A DNA stretch of 64,000 nt from Minisyncoccota bacterium (GTDB taxonomy: Bacteria > Patescibacteriota > Minisyncoccia > Phycocordibacterales > UBA5272): the NCBI GenBank assembly GCA_041651055.1, contig JBAZJW010000001.1:20737-84736 (forward strand). Reading direction: 5' to 3'. Numbering within the stretch: position 1 is the first letter of the stretch; each line of letters starts with the position of its first letter. A program made the position numbers and the translations under genes. Of the stretch, positions 1 through 11,355 are shown piece after piece. The notes under the pieces are model-generated. The model made no database searches. It was given only the letters and a program-made list of their open reading frames with translations, and was not told the origin of the DNA.

Positions 1-45
1 TCAGCCCGCGGTATTCCGCGGGCTGATTTTGGTATACTGGCCCAT

Positions 46-645
46 ATGACCAAGATAGAAAAGATGCAGGCTATCACAGACGAGATTACCGCTCGCGCTG
101 ATTCTTCACTTTATGCGTATCGAATTGAAAACAATTATATTCCGGTGATCGGAGAAGGATCTCTTAATGCAAAAGTATTTTTTATAGGAGAAGCGCCAGG
201 GAAAAAAGAAGGGGAGACAGGGAAACCTTTTTGTGGTCGCTCTGGGAAATTCTTGGATGAAATGCTTACCTCTATTTCTCTCGAAAGAAAGAATGTGTAC
301 ATCACGAGCGTTGTAAAAGATAGACCACAAGATAATCGTGACCCAACGCAAAAGGAAATAGACCTTTACGGTCCGTACTTACTCAGGCAGCTTGAAATCG
401 TTAAACCAAAAATAATTGTCCTCTTGGGGAGAATTAGTATGAAGTATATGTTTATGTCTGCGGGTATAGAAAATGAATTAGACACCATTGGAGAAATGCA
501 TGGCAAAGTATACAAAGGGAAGCTTTCATATGGCGAGGTGATATTTCTTCCTTTGTATCATCCAGCTGCAGCGCTCTATAATCCAAAGAATAAGGCTGTT
601 CTCATGGAAGATTTTAAGGTTGTAAAAAAGTTTATAGAGAAATAA
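46..645 (+). CDS. Uracil-DNA glycosylase family 4
   Basis: FIGEAPG, G.PF.GRSG and PLYHPAAALY motifs. Confidence 0.9.
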   Translation: MTKIEKMQAITDEITARADSSLYAYRIENNYIPVIGEGSLNAKVFFIGEAPGKKEGETGKPFCGRSGKFLDEMLTSISLERKNVYITSVVKDRPQDNRDPTQKEIDLYGPYLLRQLEIVKPKIIVLLGRISMKYMFMSAGIENELDTIGEMHGKVYKGKLSYGEVIFLPLYHPAAALYNPKNKAVLMEDFKVVKKFIEK

Positions 646-689
646 AAAAGCCCATCCGTAGATGGGTCAGTTTGTCGGCCGAGGCAAGC

Positions 690-1073
690 TTAGAGCACTG
701 CGACTATTCCCCAACCCAAAGCAAAGCCGAAGATAAGTGCGATGATCGTCGTGGCCCAAAACTCAACAGGGGAGACGAACAGGTCTTTTGCGCATTCCTC
801 GAAAAGATCTTCTTCACGAATCTCTTTTTGGGTCCATACCCTGTCTTTCCCGTAGACGTTTTCGTCAGCCGTGGCCATTTTCGCTTTTAGGGCGACCACT
901 TTTCGGTCTAGTCCGCCAGGAATGCTGAAAAGAAATTCTTCCCAGAACATTTTTGGTGTTTTCGACCAGATGTTGCCCGAGCTCGTGCCGGCAAAACGCA
1001 GCACAAAGTAAGCATAGAGCGAAAGAACAGCAGTCAGTACGCCTCCAACAATATACGGAGCATAGTTTTTCAC
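690..1073 (-). CDS. Hypothetical membrane protein
   Basis: ORF with N- and C-terminal hydrophobic segments. Confidence 0.6.
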   Translation of the reverse strand: MKNYAPYIVGGVLTAVLSLYAYFVLRFAGTSSGNIWSKTPKMFWEEFLFSIPGGLDRKVVALKAKMATADENVYGKDRVWTQKEIREEDLFEECAKDLFVSPVEFWATTIIALIFGFALGWGIVAVL

Positions 1074-1219
1074 AAGAGCTTCCTTTCTTTTTTGTTTTGC
1101 CGGAATAGCAAAATCTATTGCTATTTAATAGGAATTCGCTGTGTTTGTCAAACCCATGTCTAGGCAAGACCTAGACAGAAATTATGTTTTCAAAAAACAA
1201 GAAACAGATACCTATATTG

Positions 1220-1792
1220 TTACGCAGATTCCTTTATTTTATTTAAGAACTTTTGGAAGTGTTGTTCTTTTTTCTCACCCTGCCATTTATCTAAATTGCC
1301 GCAGATTTTCATATCAACAACATCAATTCCAACGAAACCAAAAAGACTTGTTTTCCAAAATGATGCAAGTGGCATGATGGGGAGATAGTGGAACCACGCT
1401 GGTCCGCCAGATGTGGCGAAGATTTTCGCGGTTTTACCAGTGAGAAGCTTCTGTATTTTTCCTTCAGGAGTGAATTTGTATGCAAAGTGAACCCAGAAGG
1501 TAAGGTCTACCCAGTTTTTCATGATTGCTGGCGGCATTGACCACCATATCGGATGAACTACAACGATTTCGTGTGCCCATGCTACTTGGTCCTCAAATGT
1601 TTTTTGTATTGTTGGGGGAACCATTTCTCGTATATTCGTAAAAGTGAGGAATTCTTCTCTGTTCTCTTTTGCGTACAAGTCGACAATTTTCACTGTGTGG
1701 CCTTTTGCTTTTTTTGCATTAGCGTAGGTCTTAGCGATGACGTGTGCGTGTCCGGCTGGAGATGGGTGTGCGGTGATGATGAGCGTATTCAT
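1220..1792 (-). CDS. NAD(P)H-dependent oxidoreductase (flavodoxin-like fold 2)
   Basis: AHP, DLY and PIWW..PAIMKNWVD motifs. Confidence 0.85.
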   Translation of the reverse strand: MNTLIITAHPSPAGHAHVIAKTYANAKKAKGHTVKIVDLYAKENREEFLTFTNIREMVPPTIQKTFEDQVAWAHEIVVVHPIWWSMPPAIMKNWVDLTFWVHFAYKFTPEGKIQKLLTGKTAKIFATSGGPAWFHYLPIMPLASFWKTSLFGFVGIDVVDMKICGNLDKWQGEKKEQHFQKFLNKIKESA

Positions 1793-1923
1793 AGGGATAG
1801 TTTATAGGTAATAGGTTTTAGTTGCCAGTGGATAGAAGAAGTCTTTAAGGTTTAAAGTTCATAAAGTGTGTTAGAATATTTTTAGATTGAACAACAGGAG
1901 AAAATCGATGACACAACCGATTA

Positions 1924-2244
1924 ATGAATCAAGAAATGAAATCACTTTGGCAAATTGGATTGCTGAAGTGGTCGCTGCTTCACCGGGAAGAGTTGCGGCG
2001 CAGAAACAAAATGTTGCCGGACCAGAAGTGGTTCGGTCGATTCGTCCGAGAGATGCAGATCTCCTGCGGCGGCGTGTTGCTGCGAGAAGTAAAAGGGATG
2101 GAGAGATATTCTCCTGGATTTCAGAGTTATGAGTTTTGCAGAGAGGAGTGGCTAATGTGTCACCCTCTTTTTATGTATAATTATCGCCACGGCACTTTGT
2201 GGAAAAGTGGTGAGTATATTGACTTTGTTTTTGTATACGCTTAG
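1924..2244 (+). CDS. Hypothetical protein
   Basis: ORF only; the overlapping frame starting at 1907 after AGGAG is an alternative. Confidence 0.35.
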   Translation: MNQEMKSLWQIGLLKWSLLHREELRRRNKMLPDQKWFGRFVREMQISCGGVLLREVKGMERYSPGFQSYEFCREEWLMCHPLFMYNYRHGTLWKSGEYIDFVFVYA

Positions 2245-2281
2245 GATGAGCGAAAGTTCGTAGTACAAGGAGGAGGTCTAT

Positions 2282-2863
2282 ATGAACATTGAAGAATTGC
2301 TCGCCAGAAGCACGTGGGTTGATGAGTATGAACAACGCTGGGTCAATGAAGACATTGAAGGAGTTGATCTCTTTCGCGCTTTGCGTGTGATGAGAAAACA
2401 TCTTCCGACAGCTCAAAGCTATTTGGAAACAAGAGGGGAAAAGTTCCCTTGGGCAAAGACGTGGCTGAAATACGGCCGAACATTCCCAACACCGACAAAA
2501 AAGCTCTGCCAGCTTATGTTCGATCGTGGTCTTATGCTTGAGAAAGGTCATTGTCACTTCAATGCTCTTGTTATGAGTAATGACATGAGAAGTTGGACTG
2601 ATGAAATTTCACAAACAACCAGATATGTTGAGGGAATTGCAGTGTGTCCCATGGGAGCACACCCTCACTCATGGGTCGTTGTTGGCGGCAGGGTTCTTGA
2701 TCCGACGTGGACGTGTGCATACATGACTACGTATTACGGTGTTTCATTTGAGCCTGATCGGGTTCAATCTGTTGCAAAGGCTAATGGCTTCCGTGGCATT
2801 ACCAGTCATTGGGACAAATGCGGCGAGCTTGTCATTGAGCACCTGGAAAGCCGAAGTGCTTAA
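2282..2863 (+). CDS. Hypothetical protein, possible Cys-His-Asp (transglutaminase/papain-like) fold
   Basis: AGGAGG RBS; GHCHFNA, YVEG, HSW and VLDPTW motifs. Confidence 0.65.
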   Translation: MNIEELLARSTWVDEYEQRWVNEDIEGVDLFRALRVMRKHLPTAQSYLETRGEKFPWAKTWLKYGRTFPTPTKKLCQLMFDRGLMLEKGHCHFNALVMSNDMRSWTDEISQTTRYVEGIAVCPMGAHPHSWVVVGGRVLDPTWTCAYMTTYYGVSFEPDRVQSVAKANGFRGITSHWDKCGELVIEHLESRSA

Positions 2864-2888
2864 ATTACATTTGTCGCCAAAGTTCACT

Positions 2889-2916
2889 AAAAAAGCCCGC
2901 CATCGGTGGGCTTTTT
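2889..2916. terminator. Intrinsic terminator
   Basis: GC-rich hairpin flanked by A and T tracts. Confidence 0.7.
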
Positions 2917-2975
2917 CTTTTTGATAAAATAGTAATAAGGAGTAGAATATGGATGTCTAACAACTGGAGAAAGAC

Positions 2976-3251
2976 ATGAAGCTCATTTATTATCAACTGG
3001 GTATCTGGATTTTTCCAGAGAACTCAGCGGCGCACAGACGGTGCAAAGCCGGGGTGATTGTGCACCTCAGGGCGGAACTGGCCAGGTACGACCTGGAATA
3101 CAGAAAGATGGTGGTTGAGCGTGATAGCTATCTCACCAGTCTCGGCCCTGAAACTCCGAAAACCGGCCCGCTGGGTCTGTCTCGGCCAGGTTTGCGCGAT
3201 CCGGATAAACAGCTTTTGGATCCGTTCGACATGTTCAGGCCAAATCACTGA
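2976..3251 (+). CDS. Hypothetical protein
   Basis: GGAG RBS; terminator at 3275-3301. Confidence 0.55.
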   Translation: MKLIYYQLGIWIFPENSAAHRRCKAGVIVHLRAELARYDLEYRKMVVERDSYLTSLGPETPKTGPLGLSRPGLRDPDKQLLDPFDMFRPNH

Positions 3252-3488
3252 CATCGGACTGATATAACGCTCTCAAAAGCCCGCAACTTCGCGGGCTTTT
3301 TCTTTATCAACAGCTTCTAGCTTCAAGCTGTTTACTTCTAGCTTTCCCCATGGTATAATCCCACCACTATTGACCACTGATTGAGTACTGAGCGAGGACA
3401 ATAAAGTAGTGAAGAAAAGTGAATATCTAAGGGGAATTATTAACGGGTCTCATTATTTTATGATAAAGCCATAACAAAAAGGTTTGTT

Positions 3489-6400
3489 ATGGCGACATTT
3501 GTTGTTATGCCAAAAACACACCAGTCCACAACTGTGCGCCCACAAAAGACCTTCGCGAAATATCGCGAACCACTTACTCAACTTCCTAACCTCGTCGAAA
3601 ACCAGATCATTTCATACAAGGACCTTACAGAAAAAGGTATCGTAGAAATTTTCCGCGAGTTCTCACCACTTCGTGATTACTCAGAGAAAAAGTTTGACCT
3701 CGAATTCATTTCTTTCGAACTTTCACCAGCAAAGTACGATGAAGTGTACGCAAAGGAAAACAAGCTTACCTATGAAGCTCCTCTCCGTGCCCGTGTAAAG
3801 CTCACCAATAAAATATTGAATACCGTAAAGGAACAAGAAATCTTCATGGCAGATTTTCCTTTGATGACGGTTCACGGTACATTCATTATCAACGGTGTTG
3901 AACGTGTTGTCGTTCCTCAGCTCGCCCGATCATTCGGTGTTTTCTTCGATTCTGAAGAAACAAAAGGAAAGCGTTACTTCGGTGCAAAAATAATCCCTTC
4001 ACGTGGTGTATGGATTGAATTAGGCACAGAAGCAGATGGTGGTATTTATGTACGTATCGACAAGAAGCGCAAGTTCTCAGCTATCGCACTCCTTCGTGTT
4101 CTCGGTCTTTCTACAGATGACCAGATCAAAGACGCATTCAAGGATCACCCAATCACAGGGCCTCTCATGGCGACACTCGTTGAACGTGATGAAGTAAAGA
4201 CTATTCACGATGCGTACATCGAAATTTACAAGCGTCTTCGTGATGGTGACCTAGCTACGCCAGAAAATGCAAAGGAGCACATTGACTCTATCGTTTCCCC
4301 TGAACGATACGATCTTTCTCCTGTTGGACGTTTTCGTTTCAATAAGCGCTTCGGAAAGTCTATTGATGCAAAGGATAAAGAATCACAGCGTCGTACACTT
4401 TCAAAAGAAGACATGATTGAGATTATTAACCACATGGTTGAACTCAACAACAATCCAAATGCTGAAGAAGACGATATCGACCACCTTGGATCACGTCGTG
4501 TGCGTTATGTTGGTGAAATGATGGCACAGAAAATCCGTACAGGTATGATGCAGATGAAGCGAAACATTCAGGATAAGATGTCTGTTATCGACACCGATAC
4601 GACACTTCCTATCGCTATCATCAACCAGCGTCCACTTCAGGCTCGTATCAAGGAATTCTTTACAACAAACCAGCTTTCTCAGTTCATGAACCAAGAAAAC
4701 TTGCTTGCAGAAGTAGAACACTTGCGTACACTCTCAGCCCTCGGTCCCGGCGGTCTTACTCGTGAGCGAGCCGGATTCGAAGTTCGTGACGTTCACACAT
4801 CACACTACGGTCGTGTGTGTCCTATTCACACACCAGAAGGTCCGAACATTGGTCTTATTCTCCGTCTTTCGAACTACGCACGTATCAATGACTTCGGTAT
4901 TATCGAAACACCATACGTAAAGGTAAAAGATGGAAAGATTTCTAAAGAAATTGTGTACATGAACGCGCTTGAAGAAGAACGTTACATTATTGCGCATGCC
5001 GGAAACGTGTATGACAAGGATGGAAAGTTCGTTGAAGCAGAAATCGAAGTTCGTAAAGCTGGACAGCCAGGACTCGCTCCTGTAGCACAGGTAGAATTTA
5101 TCGATGTTGCGACAAACCAAGCATTCTCTGTTGCGACCTCAATGATTCCATTCCTCGAGCACGATGAAGCAACACGTGCACTGATGGGAAGTAATATGCA
5201 GAAGCAAGCTGTGCCACTTATGTGTCCAGAAGCGCCGCTTGTAGCAACGGGTATGGAAGGAGAAGCTGCGAAGCACATCGGACGTCTTATTCTTGCAGAA
5301 GAAAATGGTGAAGTGAAGTATGTTGATGCAAAGAAAATTGTTATTAAGGCAGACCCTTCGAAGTCCTCAGGGCAGGGAAAGGAATATGAGTACAACCTCA
5401 TTAACTTCGCTCGTACGAACGCCTTTAACCTTTTCCACCAGCGACCTATCGTTTCTCTTGGAGATAAAGTAAAGAAAGGACAGGTGCTTGCTGACGCTGC
5501 GACATCAGACAATGGTCAGATCGCACTCGGTCACAATATCCGTGTTGCCTTCATGACATGGAATGGTGCGAACTACGAAGATGCTATCATTCTTTCAGAA
5601 CGTCTCGTGAAGGAAAGTAAGTTTTCTTCTATTCACATTGAAGAATTCGTATGTAATGTGCGTGATACCAAGCTCGGTGCTGAAGTAACAACACATGATA
5701 TTCCAAACGTTGGTGAAAATAAATTGAAGAACTTGGACGAAGACGGAATCATCCGTATCGGTGCTGAAGTTCGCCCAGGAGATATCTTGGTTGGTAAAAT
5801 TACACCAAAGGGAGAAACAGAACTCACGCCAGAAGAAAGACTTCTTCGTTCTATTTTCGGTGAAAAGGTACGTGATGTGAAAGATTCATCACTTCGTCTT
5901 GATCACGGAAAGCGTGGACGTATTATCGGTGTGAAGGTTTTCTCACGTGAACGAGGGGACAATCTCGAAAGTGGCATCATCAAGCGTATTCACATTGAAG
6001 TTGCGCAGGTGCGTAATATTTCAGTGGGAGACAAGCTTGCTGGTCGTCACGGAAACAAGGGAGTTATCTCAACGATTCTTCCTGTCGAAGAAATGCCGTT
6101 CGCTGCAGACGGAACTCCTATCGATATCTTGCTCACACCACTCGGTGTGCCATCACGTATGAACCTTGGACAAATCTTGGAAATGCACCTCGGTCTCGCT
6201 GCAGATACACTCGGCTACCAGGCTATTGTTCCTTCATTCCAGGGAGCATCAGATGCTGAAATTAAAGAAGAACTTGTGAAAGCAGGATTCAAGGAATCAG
6301 GAACCGTACAGCTCTACGATGGTCGTACCGGTGAAGCCTTTGATCAGGAAACTGCCGTTGGTGTTATGTACATTATGAAACTGCACCATATGGTGGAAGA

Positions 6401-6746
6401 CAAGATTCACATGCGTTCTATCGGCCCTTACTCTCTCATCACACAGCAGCCACTCGGTGGAAAGGCTCAAGGTGGAGGTCAGAGATTCGGAGAAATGGAA
6501 GTATGGGCTCTCGAAGGATACGGAGCAGCTCATATTTTGCGTGAAATGTTGACGGTGAAGTCAGATGATATCGTAGGACGTTCACAAGCATTCGACAGTA
6601 TTATTAAGGGAGAAGATGTGAAGGAACCGAATACTCCAGCGTCGTTTACGGTTATGTTGAATACACTTCGTGGACTTTCACTCGATGTTATTCCTCGAAA
6701 GATAGAAGGGTACGATGCCCCAATGATCGGTGAATCATCTCTATAA
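3489..6746 (+). CDS. rpoB: RNA polymerase beta subunit
   Basis: GDKLAGRHGNKG, RALMGSNMQ and GGQRFGEMEVWALE motifs. Confidence 0.99.
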   Translation: MATFVVMPKTHQSTTVRPQKTFAKYREPLTQLPNLVENQIISYKDLTEKGIVEIFREFSPLRDYSEKKFDLEFISFELSPAKYDEVYAKENKLTYEAPLRARVKLTNKILNTVKEQEIFMADFPLMTVHGTFIINGVERVVVPQLARSFGVFFDSEETKGKRYFGAKIIPSRGVWIELGTEADGGIYVRIDKKRKFSAIALLRVLGLSTDDQIKDAFKDHPITGPLMATLVERDEVKTIHDAYIEIYKRLRDGDLATPENAKEHIDSIVSPERYDLSPVGRFRFNKRFGKSIDAKDKESQRRTLSKEDMIEIINHMVELNNNPNAEEDDIDHLGSRRVRYVGEMMAQKIRTGMMQMKRNIQDKMSVIDTDTTLPIAIINQRPLQARIKEFFTTNQLSQFMNQENLLAEVEHLRTLSALGPGGLTRERAGFEVRDVHTSHYGRVCPIHTPEGPNIGLILRLSNYARINDFGIIETPYVKVKDGKISKEIVYMNALEEERYIIAHAGNVYDKDGKFVEAEIEVRKAGQPGLAPVAQVEFIDVATNQAFSVATSMIPFLEHDEATRALMGSNMQKQAVPLMCPEAPLVATGMEGEAAKHIGRLILAEENGEVKYVDAKKIVIKADPSKSSGQGKEYEYNLINFARTNAFNLFHQRPIVSLGDKVKKGQVLADAATSDNGQIALGHNIRVAFMTWNGANYEDAIILSERLVKESKFSSIHIEEFVCNVRDTKLGAEVTTHDIPNVGENKLKNLDEDGIIRIGAEVRPGDILVGKITPKGETELTPEERLLRSIFGEKVRDVKDSSLRLDHGKRGRIIGVKVFSRERGDNLESGIIKRIHIEVAQVRNISVGDKLAGRHGNKGVISTILPVEEMPFAADGTPIDILLTPLGVPSRMNLGQILEMHLGLAADTLGYQAIVPSFQGASDAEIKEELVKAGFKESGTVQLYDGRTGEAFDQETAVGVMYIMKLHHMVEDKIHMRSIGPYSLITQQPLGGKAQGGGQRFGEMEVWALEGYGAAHILREMLTVKSDDIVGRSQAFDSIIKGEDVKEPNTPASFTVMLNTLRGLSLDVIPRKIEGYDAPMIGESSL

Positions 6747-6763
6747 TCTTCTACTAAACTACT

Positions 6764-9700
6764 ATGAAAACAATCGATACAAATAATTTTGACGGTCTAG
6801 GAATCAAGATTGCTTCTCCTGAAGCTATCCGTTCTTGGTCATTTGGTGAAGTTACGAAGCCAGAGACGATTAACTATCGTACAGGACGCAGTGAACGTTA
6901 TGGACTTTTCGACGAAAGAATTTTCGGTCCAGAAAAGGACTATGAATGTTATTGTGGAAAATATCGTCGTATTCGCTATAAGGATATTGTGTGTGAGAAG
7001 TGTGGTGTTGAAGTAACAAAGTCTATCGTTCGTCGTGAACGAATGGGACACATTGAACTTGCATCTCCTGTCGCGCATATTTGGTTCTTGCGAACTGTGC
7101 CATCTCGCATCGCACTTATTCTCGCACAGCCAGTGTCTGATGTTGAAAAGGTTGTGTACTTCGCAGGGTATGTCGTGAAGTCAGTGAATCAGGCTGCAAA
7201 GGAACAACTCCTCGCTGATCTTGATAGTGAATTTAAGGCGAAAGTAAAGTCTGCAAGTGATGAAAAGACACAGGATAAACTCCGCGAACTTCTCACTGCA
7301 ACAAAGAAGGAAATTGAAGAAATTAAGCCAACGAAGATTTTTGACGAACTTACCTATCATCGTTATTCGATGAAGTACGGAACATGTTTCGAAGCAGGAA
7401 TCGGAGCTGAGGCTATCTTTGATATTTTCAAGACTATGGACTTGAAGGATATTGAAGGAAAAATCGTTCTTCAGCTTGAAAAGGCAGGAGCACTCGAACG
7501 TGAAAAAGCTGAGAAGCGTTTGTCACTTATTCGTGCATTCCAGAATGCAAACATTCGTCCAGAATGGATGTTCATGACAACTATTCCAGTTATACCTCCA
7601 GGTATTCGTCCTATGGTTGCTCTTGAAGGTGGACGCTACGCTGCATCAGACGTGAACGATCTCTATCGTCGCGTTATCAACCGAAACAATCGTTTGAAGA
7701 AGCTCATGGAAATCGGTGCACCAGATGTAATTTTGCGAAATGAGAAGCGAATCCTTCAAGAAGCGGTAGATGCACTCATCGACAACTCTGCTCGTCATGG
7801 ACAGGATGCTGTCATGAGTCAGTCACAGAAGCGTCAGCTTAAGTCACTCTCTGATAACTTGAAAGGAAAGCAAGGTCTCCTTCGTGGAAACCTTCTCGGT
7901 AAGCGTGTAGACTACTCTGCACGTTCGGTTATTGTGGTTGGTCCATCACTCGCGCTTAACGAGTGTGGTCTTCCAAAGCACATGGCTCTTGAACTTTTCA
8001 AGCCATTTATTATTTCAAAGATTCTTGAACGTGAACTCGCATTCAACATTCGTGGTGCGAACAAATTGATAGAAGATAGTATTCCAGAAGTGTGGGCAAT
8101 TCTTGAAGAATGTATCGAAGGTAAGTATGTGCTCCTAAACCGCGCACCGACACTTCACCGCCTCGGTATTCAGGCCTTCAATCCAAAGCTTATCGAAGGA
8201 AACGCTATTCAACTTCATCCACTCGTATGTCAGGCCTTCAACGCTGACTTCGACGGTGACCAAATGGCTGTTCACTTACCACTCTCTGTAGCGGCACAAG
8301 AAGAAGCTCGTACGCTTATGGCTGCGAACCGAAACCTTCTCCGTCCTGGATCTGGAGACTCTATTGTGAACCCTCGAATGGATATGGTTCTCGGTGCGTA
8401 TTGGATGACAAAGGTTATTGAAGGAGAAAAGGGTGAAGGTAAATACTTCGCTTCGCCGAACGAGGCCATTACGGCATACGATTTTAGTATCGTATCATTC
8501 CGTGCCAAGATTTGGGTTTCTCCATCTGATAAGGGTAAGTACGCAGCATTCGGTGGCAAGCCATTCGAAACAACTGTCGGACGTCTTCTCTTTAACTCAG
8601 TGTTTCCATCTGACTTCCCATACATGAACGATGAAGTAACAGGAAAGAAGATGAACCTCATTATCGATGAAGTTATTCTTACGTACGGTCTTGATACTGC
8701 TCCTTCTGTTATTGATAAAATCAAAACATTCGGTTACAAGTATGCAACTGTATCTGGTACAACATGGAACATCGACGCTGTTAAGGTTCCAAAAGAAAAA
8801 GGAGCACTTGTACAGGAAGGATGGGATAATGCAGCTCGTGTAGAAGAAGATTTCAACGAAGGTCTTCTCTCGGCTGAAGAGCGTTATGAGCGTACTATCG
8901 ATGTATGGCAGGGTGTTCGTACGAAGATTGAGAAGCTCGTTCCTGAATCATTTGCAAAACATGGTTCAGTGTATGACTTGATCACATCAGGTGCGAGAGG
9001 TTCTATCGCGCAGATTATTCAGATGTCTGGTATGAAGGGTATTATCGTGAACAACTCAGGACGTAACATTGACTTCCCTGTTATTTCATCATACAAGGAA
9101 GGATTGAACCCACTTGAGTACTTCATTACAACCTACGGTGCTCGTAAAGGTAACTCCGACACAGCGCTCAAGACTGCTCAGGCTGGATACCTTACTCGAC
9201 GTCTCGTGGATGTGGCACAGGATGCTATCATTACAGAAATTGATTGTGGTACAAAAGAAAGTAAAGTGGTGCGTACAGAAAATGCTCTCGGAATCGAAGT
9301 TCCAATTTCAAAGAATATTCGTGGACGTATTATTGCAGAAGATATTGTGAGTGATGGTGCTGTTCTCTTCAAAAAGAATCACCTCATCAACAAGGATGAT
9401 GCGATGACGGTTGAAAATGCTGGTGTGAAGGAGGTGATGGTGTTCTCACCACTTGCCTGCCAGTCACTACACGGTATTTGTCAGAAATGTTATGGACTCG
9501 ACATGGGTCGTAACAAGAAGGTGGACTTGGGAGAAGCAGTGGGTATCGTCGCGGCGCAAGCTATTGGTGAACCAGGAACACAGCTTACGATGCGTACATT
9601 CCATGCCGGAGGAGTTTCCGGAGTCGACATTACACAAGGTCTTCCTCGTGTTGAAGAAATCTTCGAACGTCGTATGCCAAAGAATCCTGCTATCATTGCA

Positions 9701-10357
9701 CATGAATCAGGTTCTATTATCGGTATCCGTGAAGAAGGAAAAGAAAAGATTATTCTCCTCCTTGCGGACGATGATGGATCAAAGGGGAATAAGAGTGGAA
9801 AGCAAATCGAATACACCGTACCATTCCGTCGTGCACCTATTGTTAAGGTTGGTGACACCGTAGTGAAAGGTCAGATGATGACTGATGGTTCGTGTGATAT
9901 TGATGAGCTCTTTACATATGCCGGCAAGGAAGTTGCAGCAGAGTACATTGTGAGTGAAATCAACAAAGTGTACGAACTACAAGGTGCCGCAATCTCTCGA
10001 AAGCACGTCGAAGTGATCATTAAGCAGATGTTCGGACGTGTGAAGATTACGAATCCTGGTGAGACACGATTCACACAAAGTGATGTCGTTGAAGTTTCTA
10101 CGTTCCGTGCAGAAAATGCTCGCGTGAAGGAAGAGGGGCTCACAGAAGCAAAGGGACGCAACTTGGTACTCGGTATCACCGATGTGGCTCTCTCTACGGA
10201 CTCATGGCTTTCATCAGCATCATTCCAGAATACGACACGCGTGCTTATCACCGCATCGACAAGAGGACAGATGGATGAGTTGCGTGGGTTGAAGGAGAAT
10301 GTTATTATCGGACGCTTGATCCCCGCCGGTACAGGATTGCGTGGTAAGAAAGCATAA
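6764..10357 (+). CDS. rpoC: RNA polymerase beta-prime subunit
   Basis: NADFDGDQM catalytic motif, N-terminal Zn finger, [13 protein letters not shown]. Confidence 0.99.
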   Translation: MKTIDTNNFDGLGIKIASPEAIRSWSFGEVTKPETINYRTGRSERYGLFDERIFGPEKDYECYCGKYRRIRYKDIVCEKCGVEVTKSIVRRERMGHIELASPVAHIWFLRTVPSRIALILAQPVSDVEKVVYFAGYVVKSVNQAAKEQLLADLDSEFKAKVKSASDEKTQDKLRELLTATKKEIEEIKPTKIFDELTYHRYSMKYGTCFEAGIGAEAIFDIFKTMDLKDIEGKIVLQLEKAGALEREKAEKRLSLIRAFQNANIRPEWMFMTTIPVIPPGIRPMVALEGGRYAASDVNDLYRRVINRNNRLKKLMEIGAPDVILRNEKRILQEAVDALIDNSARHGQDAVMSQSQKRQLKSLSDNLKGKQGLLRGNLLGKRVDYSARSVIVVGPSLALNECGLPKHMALELFKPFIISKILERELAFNIRGANKLIEDSIPEVWAILEECIEGKYVLLNRAPTLHRLGIQAFNPKLIEGNAIQLHPLVCQAFNADFDGDQMAVHLPLSVAAQEEARTLMAANRNLLRPGSGDSIVNPRMDMVLGAYWMTKVIEGEKGEGKYFASPNEAITAYDFSIVSFRAKIWVSPSDKGKYAAFGGKPFETTVGRLLFNSVFPSDFPYMNDEVTGKKMNLIIDEVILTYGLDTAPSVIDKIKTFGYKYATVSGTTWNIDAVKVPKEKGALVQEGWDNAARVEEDFNEGLLSAEERYERTIDVWQGVRTKIEKLVPESFAKHGSVYDLITSGARGSIAQIIQMSGMKGIIVNNSGRNIDFPVISSYKEGLNPLEYFITTYGARKGNSDTALKTAQAGYLTRRLVDVAQDAIITEIDCGTKESKVVRTENALGIEVPISKNIRGRIIAEDIVSDGAVLFKKNHLINKDDAMTVENAGVKEVMVFSPLACQSLHGICQKCYGLDMGRNKKVDLGEAVGIVAAQAIGEPGTQLTMRTFHAGGVSGVDITQGLPRVEEIFERRMPKNPAIIAHESGSIIGIREEGKEKIILLLADDDGSKGNKSGKQIEYTVPFRRAPIVKVGDTVVKGQMMTDGSCDIDELFTYAGKEVAAEYIVSEINKVYELQGAAISRKHVEVIIKQMFGRVKITNPGETRFTQSDVVEVSTFRAENARVKEEGLTEAKGRNLVLGITDVALSTDSWLSSASFQNTTRVLITASTRGQMDELRGLKENVIIGRLIPAGTGLRGKKA

Positions 10358-10482
10358 ACCGCTTCCAAAATTGACGACCTGCTTGTTATTTTTCGGAAAA
10401 AGTGTTTCAACGTACCCGTTAGTACGTCTCCAAACTTTTTCCTAAAAACAACTGCGCATTTCATTCAATTTTGAAACCGGTT
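10357..10482. repeat. Long imperfect palindromic element (TCAACGTACC..AGTACG.CTCC core), copy 1
   Basis: Imperfect inverted arms; core 10407-10431 is 22/25 identical to 14655-14679. Confidence 0.7.
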
Positions 10483-10504
10483 GACGTTTACGGAATACGA
10501 ATAC

Positions 10505-10545
10505 AAAAAGCAAAAGCGCGACCGAAGGTCGCGCTTTTGCTTTTT
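10505..10545. terminator. rpoBC intrinsic terminator
   Basis: Perfect long stem with T tract. Confidence 0.85.
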
Positions 10546-10607
10546 ATATTCATTTTGTGTAGTATCTTAGCCAGAACCGTACCTTCGTATGGTCAAGGAG
10601 ATATGAC

Positions 10608-10886
10608 ATGGAAAAAGTTTGGATTTCCGGCCTCTTTATTGTGGCCATTGTTGCAGTTGTCTTGTTCCTTGTGATGAGGTCAAGACATCTTTCCGTACAG
10701 GAGCAAGGTTTTGTGGTCTACGTACAAGCAGTGGCCAAGAAACAAGGTCTTGACAAGGCTCGTCTGCAAAAGCTCTTGTTCGAGGAATGGGACAAGTTGC
10801 TGTTCACGTATGGGGTACGTGCCGGCCCATTCTCTCTCGGCAATGTTCCTTTGGTCAAGAAGACCATTGTGGAAACCTACGAATAA
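10608..10886 (+). CDS. Small hypothetical membrane-anchored protein
   Basis: AGGAG RBS; N-terminal TM segment. Confidence 0.6.
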   Translation: MEKVWISGLFIVAIVAVVLFLVMRSRHLSVQEQGFVVYVQAVAKKQGLDKARLQKLLFEEWDKLLFTYGVRAGPFSLGNVPLVKKTIVETYE

Positions 10887-10933
10887 GGCAAGGTGACACC
10901 TTGCCGCCTCCGCCAACTATATTAAGGTGTATC

Positions 10934-11107
10934 ATGAAATCGACTATTGTAATTCTTCTTTCCCTCGGCTACTCCTCTTATCTTGTGCACAAAGGGGCGT
11001 ATGGTTTTGGAAAATGGTCCAAGGATGCAAGGAATGGTTTTCATTGGGGCATTGCGTTCGCTGCGGTCACTGTTCTCGTTGTATTCTTGTTCTTCTTATC
11101 TGAATGA
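10934..11107 (+). CDS. Small hypothetical 2-TM protein (57 aa)
   Basis: ATG after AAGGTG within ORF 10787-11107; two hydrophobic segments. Confidence 0.45.
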   Translation: MKSTIVILLSLGYSSYLVHKGAYGFGKWSKDARNGFHWGIAFAAVTVLVVFLFFLSE

Positions 11108-11355
11108 CCATAAATAAACACCAAGTGTGACCACCTGTGAAAGCTCTTGTGAATATGATAAGGTGACACCTTGCCACTCTTTGACCGCATGACTCCGCCT
11201 TCCGTGGGGTTTTTCTTTTTCTAAAGTCTAATCTCTAACATCTGAAGTCTGTCCTCCTGTCAACTAGCAACTATAAACTATAAACTATAAACTGTAGATA
11301 CGAGTTTGGATGTATTCATCTAATGTCTAAAATCTAAAGTCTATAATCTGCCCCC

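Noticed and set aside
3489-10464. Antisense and alternate-frame ORFs within rpoB/rpoC and other long genes
   Set aside because: Shadow ORFs with no motifs or initiation signals.
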